DNA of 64,000 bases, taken from positions 18,632 through 82,631 of IMG/VR virus record IMGVR_UViG_3300042452_000984; one strand, written 5' to 3'. This DNA comes from a virus. The notes beneath the pieces are model-generated. The model was not told the origin of the DNA and searched no databases. It saw only the letters and a list, made by a program, of their open reading frames with translations. This document shows, one piece after another, positions 56,597 through 64,000 of this stretch. The translations under genes were made by a program, and so were the position numbers. Numbering within the stretch: the stretch's first letter is position 1; each line of letters begins with the position of its first letter.

Positions 56597-58501
56597 TTAG
56601 ACGGCTAAATCGCCAAAAATGCTTGGCTGTTGATGTTCTGGCAGATTAAGCAAAGGATCGCTATCCAAAAATTGTTTTTTCTTTTTTGAATCAAACTGAA
56701 TTTCCCATATAGTCTTAAACTGTTGCTGAAGAGGGTTTTCTAGGCAAGCTTTAAGCTTTTCTATGTCTTCCCAAGATGTATCGTAAATTTCAGTCCACAG
56801 CCATTTGAAGAAAATCTCTTTTTGAATAAGACATCTAGCTCTTTCATGGCTGCAACCTATCCGACCGTTTTTATTAGATACAGTTATGCCGATGCTGTAA
56901 CACTCCCTAACCCTGCCTACACGTTGCATATCGGCAAATATGATATAAACAGCAGGATTGAAAAGCTTAACAGGCTTTCTCCCGTCCCAACAGTGCCAGT
57001 TTGGCAGGCCAGAGGGAGTAAACATAGGGGGCAACCCGAACTTTTCAACTATTTCATTGGATCTTGTCGTGCTAGGAGCAATCCCTGCAAACTCTCCATC
57101 TATTGACTGGACAGAGAACGGTTGAGCCTTTTTAAGAGCTCTTTCAAAACGATACTCCATGTTGTTGTCTGCTTGAGCAAGGCGTTGATCAATCTGATCA
57201 ATCCGATCATAAAGCGAAGTGTGAGCCAGATCGCCGGTTGGTATTGTGTCTAACTGCCTATTCCTGCCGTTGTCAGCGGCTTGCTTGACCATAGCGGGGA
57301 TGCTCTGAATTAGCCGTATAGTGGCATCACGAACGGCTCGACCCATCTCACCCTCGCTTATCCAGGACATCCGCAACACCCCGGCCATGTTGTAGATGTT
57401 GGCTTGAGAGATGTATTTAGGCAAAGAAGGCTTCCCAGAGGCTACCAACTCTGAGTTGGTAGCCTCCCGGAAGTCCCTCAGAGCGTGACTTTCAAGCTTT
57501 TGGACCTCCCCAGCCTCTATAAATTCATCCCTGTGTCTCTGGAAATTTCTATCAAGCGCTCTAGAAGAAAGCCCTAAAAACGCTGCAACCTCGTTAGTGG
57601 TCATCCATTTGGTGTCTTGCCATTGCGCCCAAAATAGGTCTTTAATGTTCAACTCGCTAAAAACCTCTTCCATGGGGCGGCTATCGCCAAAGCCCGCCAT
57701 AGCGGATTGCCTGGATTGCTTCTTGGTGTACAGGTCGATAGCGCCTGGGGGTTCAACAACCTCCGCCGCCACCTCAGCAGGGGGCTCAACAATCTCCGCC
57801 ACTATAACGGGAGGCTTAATCGACTTAGCCTCAGCGACAGCCGGGGTAGGCTCTGGCTTGCTGTGAGGGTTTACACAGTAGTAGGTCGTAAACCGATCTT
57901 TCCAAGTATGCAACCTTCCCTGGGCCAGCAAAAGATCTCTTCGAGGAACAACATATTCTTGAAAACGTTTCCTATCTGGTCCGCTAGTCCTAGCCTTCTT
58001 GTACAAAACTTTTGCTGTAACCGGATGGCTAGCACACTCCAAAATCCTTTGATCAATAATTTCCCAGATCTCTTCTTTAGTCTTTAAACTAAATGAGAAC
58101 TTTTTGGCGCGACGATTTGATCTAGTTGCTGGCTTGGCCGCAGCTTGCTTAACTTCGACAACCGGCTCAGTGTTCTCTGGTAGCAGCTTGAACAATGGCA
58201 GAACCGGTTGCTCAGGAGCTTTGTCCCAACATAAAACCTTGTAGTTGCCTTTTCCTTTGGGAGGCTGCATGTAAGGGAAAATCAATTCGATTTGTTGTTT
58301 TGTATACCAACTGCCATGGGCTCGCGCAGAAATGATGATGTCTTTGATTAGTTGCGGCGTGCTGTTCAGCTTTTCTACCGTATTCAACGCACGACGAACA
58401 AGCTCAGCGCTTGGATGTGCCCGTTCTGCTTTGGGCATCACATAAATAACCCAGGAAAGATCCTCGGGGGAATATAGACGATCTTCAGAAGAAGCGTTCA
58501 T
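56597..58501 (-). CDS. Multidomain antirepressor-like protein with ORF6N-type domain
   Basis: MTTNEVAAFLG...NFQRHRDEFIE...KLE...LRDF...GVLRM. Confidence 0.65.
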   Translation of the reverse strand: MNASSEDRLYSPEDLSWVIYVMPKAERAHPSAELVRRALNTVEKLNSTPQLIKDIIISARAHGSWYTKQQIELIFPYMQPPKGKGNYKVLCWDKAPEQPVLPLFKLLPENTEPVVEVKQAAAKPATRSNRRAKKFSFSLKTKEEIWEIIDQRILECASHPVTAKVLYKKARTSGPDRKRFQEYVVPRRDLLLAQGRLHTWKDRFTTYYCVNPHSKPEPTPAVAEAKSIKPPVIVAEIVEPPAEVAAEVVEPPGAIDLYTKKQSRQSAMAGFGDSRPMEEVFSELNIKDLFWAQWQDTKWMTTNEVAAFLGLSSRALDRNFQRHRDEFIEAGEVQKLESHALRDFREATNSELVASGKPSLPKYISQANIYNMAGVLRMSWISEGEMGRAVRDATIRLIQSIPAMVKQAADNGRNRQLDTIPTGDLAHTSLYDRIDQIDQRLAQADNNMEYRFERALKKAQPFSVQSIDGEFAGIAPSTTRSNEIVEKFGLPPMFTPSGLPNWHCWDGRKPVKLFNPAVYIIFADMQRVGRVRECYSIGITVSNKNGRIGCSHERARCLIQKEIFFKWLWTEIYDTSWEDIEKLKACLENPLQQQFKTIWEIQFDSKKKKQFLDSDPLLNLPEHQQPSIFGDLAV

Positions 58502-58619
58502 CGCTTGTGCCCAGACTGCAAATATGTCGCCCTATCAATCACAGATTGTATCTATAATAGACGCTTGTTTGCAATATGATACTGAAGCAGCAATTTAGCC
58601 ACTCTATTGTAAAAGTGCT

Positions 58620-59899
58620 CCCCATGCCCTTAGCCGATCGCCCCTCCTACCGCAACGGCTAAAGTTATTGACTTTTAACACTACGGTAGCTTGTTGGCAA
58701 TAGCTTGTTATACTAAAGGCGACTTTTCGCATCGTGGCAAAGTCCACGATTTTTTATGACTGAGCCTGCTACCGTGACTGGACTTAAAGAGCTTCGGAAA
58801 CTGAAATGACTATTTATTTTATTGAATGTGGCAGCACTAATCAAATTAAAATAGGGTTTTCTCAAAATCCAGCGGCTAGGCGCAGCTCATTGCAAGTTGG
58901 AAGCACCGCCCCGTTGTCAATCCTTGCAACTGTGCCTGGAGATTTAAACAGGGAAGGTGAGATTCAGAACATGTTTAGTGATTTTCGGGCAAAAGGAGAA
59001 TGGTTTTTTCCGTCAGATAAAATATATGAGTTCATATACAAAAATAAACGATCTTTTGACCTGTGCGACTGGATCCCCGACGCTTCTTCATATCAAATTA
59101 AGTGGATTTCAAGCGATGGCGCTAATGTCGACTCATCTGCATCTCCCTTCCTAGTTACTGTTCACATGCCCGGACAAGGCAGTAAATTCCCAGTCATCGA
59201 AATAGACACTTATGTGGGAATCGCGTCAGCAAAAGATCGCTTAGCTTTTCAAAGGCAAGGGGGAATTTCACCGTTTAAGGCAAGGGCTCTTGATAAAATT
59301 GCCAAGGAATATGGATTTACTGTCCGCATGTTTGCGGAAAGTCAATTATATGAGAGTCGTTTTCTTAAAAAGCGAAACTTCAGTTATTGCAAAAATCCGG
59401 GTAACTTTTCTGAAATTCTAATAAATCCAGGAGAATCGGTAGGTCAAGTTATTCTTGGAGAGCTTTATCCTGATGATGAATACGCCAAAGCGGGGAAAAT
59501 TCTTTATAGATGGATGGGTACTCATTATGAATCACAGCGCAAAGAGGCTGAGATGCATCGAATTGCTCACGCGCTTAATCGCTGTGTGCGCCAAACAAAA
59601 AATGGTAGGACTAGGCCATGGGCCACTGCAGCCAAGGTGGATGAAGCTTATAGATGGTGCATGAAAAAAATAAGGAGTATTTCGCTTGAGGAAGTTTATT
59701 CTTTGATGGACCTGTCCACAGTGGTTTTGACGGATGACGATAAGCGCAACGGCCACTGTGGCCTTTTGGCTTGGAGAGGAAAGTCTGGAAAATCTGTCGA
59801 TTACCTAAGTGCCAAAAAAGCCATGACGGCTATGTACCATCAATTGCAATGTATAAGTTAACCCCATGCCCCTAGCCGATCGCACCTCCTACCGCAACG
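58620..59899 (+). mobile_element. AT-rich cassette flanked by 38-bp direct repeats
   Basis: 58620-58657 and 59862-59899 differ at 2 positions. Confidence 0.75.
58806..59861 (+). CDS. GIY-YIG (T5orf172/MUG113-type) domain protein
   Basis: IYFI......KIGFS..P..R...LQ.G...E..I...F...R..GEWF. Confidence 0.85.
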   Translation: MTIYFIECGSTNQIKIGFSQNPAARRSSLQVGSTAPLSILATVPGDLNREGEIQNMFSDFRAKGEWFFPSDKIYEFIYKNKRSFDLCDWIPDASSYQIKWISSDGANVDSSASPFLVTVHMPGQGSKFPVIEIDTYVGIASAKDRLAFQRQGGISPFKARALDKIAKEYGFTVRMFAESQLYESRFLKKRNFSYCKNPGNFSEILINPGESVGQVILGELYPDDEYAKAGKILYRWMGTHYESQRKEAEMHRIAHALNRCVRQTKNGRTRPWATAAKVDEAYRWCMKKIRSISLEEVYSLMDLSTVVLTDDDKRNGHCGLLAWRGKSGKSVDYLSAKKAMTAMYHQLQCIS

Positions 59900-60120
59900 C
59901 CCTACAAGCGCTCAGGGCTATCAAAGATACCACTGGCAATACGCCCCAGGTGAAAGCCATAGCGGCCTTCCTGCTAGAGGCGGCCAATGCTGAGTATCCA
60001 GGCGGCTACGTGGGCGACCCGAGCGACCCACGGGACAGGGCGGTAGTAGAGGCCCAGCGTGACTACTGGCAGCGGTTTATGGCAGGCGAGGACGTGGAGG
60101 AAAATTATTACGACCTGTAG
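59866..60120 (+). CDS. Hypothetical protein
   Basis: 84 aa; its 5' end is the duplicated repeat. Confidence 0.6.
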   Translation: MPLADRTSYRNALQALRAIKDTTGNTPQVKAIAAFLLEAANAEYPGGYVGDPSDPRDRAVVEAQRDYWQRFMAGEDVEENYYDL

Positions 60121-60172
60121 CCAAAACAAAACCCCCGGCGAGGGCCAGGGGTAAGGGTGGGTGGCGGTAGGG

Positions 60173-60322
60173 TTAGATTTTACCCTTTGCCTTTTCTGTG
60201 GCAGCCAGGGCCAGGATCGCCGCCCCAGTGGCAGCATAAAGGAACGCATTCTCTACGGTGCCGGGCACCTGGGAGGGCGGCTGCGGGTTATCAGCGGGCT
60301 GGGCCGTGCTAGTCGTTGACAT
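60173..60322 (-). CDS. 49-aa protein with hydrophobic C-terminal segment (not in ORF track)
   Basis: AGGAG RBS; MSTTSTAQ...AATGAAILALAATEKAKGKI. Confidence 0.5.
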   Translation of the reverse strand: MSTTSTAQPADNPQPPSQVPGTVENAFLYAATGAAILALAATEKAKGKI

Positions 60323-60497
60323 GGGTGGTAAGCTCCTGATTGATTTGCTCTAATGCAACCCGTGCGCGGCGCAGGGTTTCTAATGCTTGCTGAGCCTTGA
60401 GTACCGCCGCCCGTGCGGCTTGCTCATCAGCTTGTCTTTCCTCTTCAGTCACAAAATTTCCTCCGCGAATGGTCTTTTGAGCTTGAACAACGAACAC
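60309..60497 (-). CDS. Small coiled-coil protein
   Basis: Up to 62 aa; start uncertain. Confidence 0.45.
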   Translation of the reverse strand: MFVVQAQKTIRGGNFVTEEERQADEQAARAAVLKAQQALETLRRARVALEQINQELTTHVND

Positions 60498-60716
60498 CTA
60501 ACCCGCTTGGCGCAGATCCTCCATTAACAGAACAGTCCCTTGCACGTCCATAACGCGGATAATCCGCACCACATCCGCTTCGTCTAGTGGATCGGGTCGA
60601 TCTTGATAGTCCAATGCCCCCGCCTCTCGGCAGGCTTGGTTCCAGGCTTGCAGAACCCCTAACCCGTCCTGTATCAGCGCCCTAGCCCGACGCTCAATCT
60701 CCAATTGATCAACCAT
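60498..60716 (-). CDS. Hypothetical protein
   Basis: TTAGGAGA RBS; operator-like sites upstream. Confidence 0.6.
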   Translation of the reverse strand: MVDQLEIERRARALIQDGLGVLQAWNQACREAGALDYQDRPDPLDEADVVRIIRVMDVQGTVLLMEDLRQAG

Positions 60717-60841
60717 AACTATTTCTCCTAAATAAGTACCTGCAACTATTGCCGTTGCATATTTACTCTACCATGGCATATTTGCAATACGCAATAACTC
60801 AGAGGGAGAACCGCTAAAATTAGCCTAGAGACTGGCTACCC

Positions 60842-62374
60842 ATGGACCTCACCCGCCTCCACCGCCACCTAGAGACCTCCCCTGACCTGGATTTGCCCCT
60901 ATCCCAGGCACGGGAGCTAGCCAAACGCGCCAATGGCCGTGGCTGGGACGATGGCATCGACAAGAAGCCTGGCCGCCGCTATCGCACCACTCCCAATATC
61001 TGGACCACCTTTGAGGGACGCGGACAACCCCGCCAGGGCTTCCTTAGCCCCGAGGTGATGCGGATGGTCTACATGCGTTCCGAAGTTGTCCGCGCCTGTG
61101 TAGATACCCTGGTGGAACTGGTCTGCGGTTGTGATTGGACGATCCGCCCCATTGACGAAGAGAAAAGCCGATGGCTACGCGATCGCAGACCAGATGACTA
61201 CAAAACCCTCAAAAAGCGCATCCGCTGGCTAGAGAGATTTTTTACCCACCCGGCCAACCATTACAACCTGGACCAGTTCCACCGGTTGATACTGCGGGAC
61301 TTACTAATCTACGACGCGGCGGCCTACGAGATCGTGACTGCTGAGGTAAATGGCCACCGCCTGCCGCTGGAGTTAGGCGCGATCGCGGGCGATACGGTGG
61401 AGATCGACTGTGACGATACGGGTATCCCGCTGGCCTACTGGCAAAGCTATAACGTCAAGACCCATGTACGGTTTGAGCCGGAGGAACTAGCCTATATCCG
61501 ACTCAACCCGGTGTCCTGGAGTCCCTACGGCATCTCTCCGATTGAGACCGCCTACGTCAGCATCGCTAGCGACCTGAACGCTAACCGGTACAATGCCAGC
61601 TTCTTTGAAAAGAACGGCATCCCCCCGGCCCTCCTGGCGGTGATGGGGCTGTCATCAGCTGAGTTTCGTAGCCTGATGTCTCAGATGAGGCAGACCAGCC
61701 AGGACAACCCGTGGAATATCCACGCTTTCCGGGCCGCCCGGGATGCTGAGGGCAAGAGCCAGCAAGTATTTGATCTAGTGCCATTGTCATCAATATCTAA
61801 CCGGGAGATGCAGTTCACTGAATTGCTGACCCATGTGGTGCGACGGATTACGATGCTGTATCGCATCTCAGCTAGCCAGATCGGCTTTACCGACGAGGTA
61901 ACTGGCGGCATTGGTTCTGGGGTAGCTGAGACCCAGGTGGACTTGATGGAGTCCAAGGGCGTGGCGCCATTGCTGCGCAGCTTGTCCTCTATCCATACTG
62001 AACAGGTGATCCACGGTGTTTGTGGGTGGGAGGATTTAGAGTTTGCCTTCACCCAATCCCAAACCCCGGCGGAGCAGCAAGAATACCAGCGCGATGCCGG
62101 TGAAGTCACCATGGGCGCGATGACGATCAATGAGCTCCGCTCTAAATGGGGTGGCCGTGATGCCGTCGAGTGGGGTGACTCACCCCTCCAGCCGCCGCCC
62201 ATGTGGGCTCAGGAGAAGCAACAATCCCAGCAAATGCTAGCCCAGGCCCAGGGCATGATGGCCCCGCCGCCGCCCGGGCAGGAAGACCCTAACCAGCAAC
62301 AACCCGGCCAACCCCCGGAGGGCAACCCTGAGCTAGAGAAAAGCGCCAGGAGGCTAGTGATCCGATGGAACTAG
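60842..62374 (+). CDS. Portal protein
   Basis: V.ACVD, YGISPIE, YNASFF.NG.PP, REMQF, MTINELR. Confidence 0.92.
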   Translation: MDLTRLHRHLETSPDLDLPLSQARELAKRANGRGWDDGIDKKPGRRYRTTPNIWTTFEGRGQPRQGFLSPEVMRMVYMRSEVVRACVDTLVELVCGCDWTIRPIDEEKSRWLRDRRPDDYKTLKKRIRWLERFFTHPANHYNLDQFHRLILRDLLIYDAAAYEIVTAEVNGHRLPLELGAIAGDTVEIDCDDTGIPLAYWQSYNVKTHVRFEPEELAYIRLNPVSWSPYGISPIETAYVSIASDLNANRYNASFFEKNGIPPALLAVMGLSSAEFRSLMSQMRQTSQDNPWNIHAFRAARDAEGKSQQVFDLVPLSSISNREMQFTELLTHVVRRITMLYRISASQIGFTDEVTGGIGSGVAETQVDLMESKGVAPLLRSLSSIHTEQVIHGVCGWEDLEFAFTQSQTPAEQQEYQRDAGEVTMGAMTINELRSKWGGRDAVEWGDSPLQPPPMWAQEKQQSQQMLAQAQGMMAPPPPGQEDPNQQQPGQPPEGNPELEKSARRLVIRWN

Positions 62375-63864
62375 AATTTATCGGTGATTGGCAACCCTCT
62401 GACGCCCACGCGATCGCGCTACAGCTGCGTAAATCCTTAGGTGTTGACGCCGGCGGTGGTGCTGAAATAACGGTGCAGCAGTTGGACGATAACCCGATCC
62501 AACAAATGCTTAGCCAACGGCAAAAGCGATTGCTGGACCTGCTGCGGGAGGCGGGTAGTAAAACCTTCAGTGAAGCGCCCCTGGCCAAGGCACTATGGAC
62601 CGATGACCATACCTGCACCCCTGGTTGCCGCCATGATTGGCTGGAGGACTATAGCCTAGGCTCCTTGACCAAGGCGGTGAACCGTGGGGCACTCAAGCGC
62701 GATGCTCAGGGACGCGCCTATGTGTTTAATGCCAATAACCGCTGGCAGCGCTACAATGCCACGCCGCCCCCGCCTGGTGACTATCGTTTCCCCCTAGGCG
62801 ATGGTGACTATGGCCGGGGTGTTTATCTTCCTATCCTGGATACGCCCCAGGGCTACGCCAAGCTACGGGTGCGGCTCAACCTATCACCCGCCCAACTCAT
62901 CAGCGACGATGAGTTTTACGCCATCGAGGATAACTTCGCCATGGACCTGACCACCACCCTCGATCGCCAGGGCGTTCGGGGTGTGGTGCAAACTGAAGGC
63001 GATCTCGTCTCGTTGTTATTTCTGCGATCGCCCGCCGACATTGAAGTACTCGGGCTAATTGCTGACTCCGGCATCGTTCCCTCTGGCCCAGACTTTAGCT
63101 ATCGCCTATCCTCCTTTGTTGCCGCTGAAGACCATTGGACGCTGGACCTCGAGCTATCCCCCGGCGGTGATCCACCCTCCCCCCAGGCGCTTACCAAGGC
63201 GGCTAAGGTTACCCTATTTCCTGACACGCCCCTGGCTACCGCCACCACCAGCCGCGCTCGGGGACTGCTTAGCCGTCGCCTGCTGCGCGATGCCTGCGAT
63301 CGCTGTCGTGCGGATGGGCTACCGCTAGACAGTTGCACCATTCAACTGATTGATAGCGCCCCCGACTGGCTACCTCGCCATTGCAAAGCCTTTTGTCACC
63401 CCTCCACCGGCGTTATTTACCTGGTAGACCACGACCCCGCCGATGCCTTAATGGACCGGCTATTGATGCTCAGCCGCCAACTAGAGGACGCGGCTAGCGA
63501 TGGCATTATCACCTACGCCCAGGCGATGGATGCCCTTCAGTCCGGATTAAAGATGACTAGCCAATGGTGGTTAGAGTGTCTGCTACGGCGTTTTGTCGGA
63601 GCGTGCTTGGTGGTTAGCCGCCATGACCTATCAACCAGCGCTGACTACGGCCCCTGGCAGGACTACCTATCGCTGCAATCCGCCCGTGGCATTCAGTACT
63701 GGGGCGATCGTTCTGCGATCGTTCGGTGCATGGCCGAGGATTATCGCTGTTGCTTTGAACCAACGGGACTACCCAACGAGGTGACGATGATTTGGGATAT
63801 GGTGACGCCTGCGATCGCCAGGATGGCACAACAACGATTGATGGAGGTGTTGAGTAATGCCTAA
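62365..63864 (+). CDS. Head-associated protein with degenerate zincin-like C-terminus
   Basis: Follows portal; four LxK[AS] sites; LLRRFVGA...MAEDYR. Confidence 0.55.
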   Translation: MELEFIGDWQPSDAHAIALQLRKSLGVDAGGGAEITVQQLDDNPIQQMLSQRQKRLLDLLREAGSKTFSEAPLAKALWTDDHTCTPGCRHDWLEDYSLGSLTKAVNRGALKRDAQGRAYVFNANNRWQRYNATPPPPGDYRFPLGDGDYGRGVYLPILDTPQGYAKLRVRLNLSPAQLISDDEFYAIEDNFAMDLTTTLDRQGVRGVVQTEGDLVSLLFLRSPADIEVLGLIADSGIVPSGPDFSYRLSSFVAAEDHWTLDLELSPGGDPPSPQALTKAAKVTLFPDTPLATATTSRARGLLSRRLLRDACDRCRADGLPLDSCTIQLIDSAPDWLPRHCKAFCHPSTGVIYLVDHDPADALMDRLLMLSRQLEDAASDGIITYAQAMDALQSGLKMTSQWWLECLLRRFVGACLVVSRHDLSTSADYGPWQDYLSLQSARGIQYWGDRSAIVRCMAEDYRCCFEPTGLPNEVTMIWDMVTPAIARMAQQRLMEVLSNA

Positions 63865-63968
63865 CTGCTCTCCCCGCAACTATTCAACGCCTGAAACCCC
63901 TGACTATAGCGGGGTTGCGGTGAGGCACTGCTGTGGCTGGACTAGATTTGGACTAAATGAGGTAAACC

Positions 63969-64000
63969 ATGCCCGTTAACACCGTCTTAACGGCTGAAAT
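63969..64000 (+). CDS. Start of a gene running off the window (possibly the head morphogenesis gene seen at base 1)
   Basis: GAGG RBS and ATG; MPVNTVLTAE open to the end. Confidence 0.45.
   Translation, partial: MPVNTVLTAE

Larger units (their letters stand above)
88..63815. repeat. Dispersed HIP1 octamer GCGATCGC (many copies)
   Basis: E.g. 88-95, 613-620, 3558-3565, 3571-3578 and throughout; cyanobacterial hallmark. Confidence 0.95.
1..64000. mobile_element. Temperate myovirus-type cyanophage genome (near complete, probably circularly permuted or excised form)
   Basis: Head, contractile tail, baseplate, terminase, portal, replication and serine integrase genes; no host genes; abundant HIP1. 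Confidence 0.93.

Noticed and set aside
49281-62374. Inteins or introns in terminase or portal
   Set aside because: Normal lengths, continuous frames and no splice-junction motifs.
1-64000. CRISPR arrays, tRNA/rRNA genes, DGR or retron reverse transcriptase, IS transposases
   Set aside because: No repeat-spacer periodicity, cloverleaf, RT or DDE motifs recognised by eye; a covariance-model scan was not possible.
1-64000. Apparent abundance of CTAG and CTA codons
   Set aside because: Spot counts were near random expectation; cannot claim enrichment without a k-mer computation.

Overview
The whole window looks like the near-complete genome of a temperate, contractile-tailed (myovirus-type) cyanophage. 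No host housekeeping locus is visible. The cyanobacterial HIP1 octamer GCGATCGC occurs throughout, and several genes belong to cyanobacterial families (NblA-like, DUF6464-like, DUF2811-like, XisF-type serine recombinase). Modules in order: head morphogenesis gene (5'-truncated); early host-interaction and replication-accessory operon (secreted RGTGR-containing PatX-like protein, SSB-like protein, NblA-like protein, degenerate HAD, beta-clamp, TGT/DpdA-like protein); prohead protease polyprotein, scaffold, capsid, neck, sheath, tube, frameshifted chaperone, tape measure; inserted MTase, endolysin and ART-like genes; baseplate and fibres; a reverse-strand operon of membrane and DNA-binding proteins rich in short repeats; genetic switch; replication initiator; serine integrase; reverse-strand terminase and ParB-MTase cluster; antirepressor and GIY-YIG cassette; portal. 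Most interesting: (1) a phage-encoded PatX/PatS-like HetR-inhibitor motif in the same early region as nblA; (2) an apparent capsid cargo-loading system of L-x-K-[S/A] cleavage sites, a shared leader with a beta-clamp-binding motif, and repeat-bounded swappable domains inside the prohead protease; (3) a phage beta-clamp with clamp motifs on DNA-modifying enzymes; (4) a membrane/DNA-tether-like operon. All family calls come from motif recognition by eye; no database search was run.
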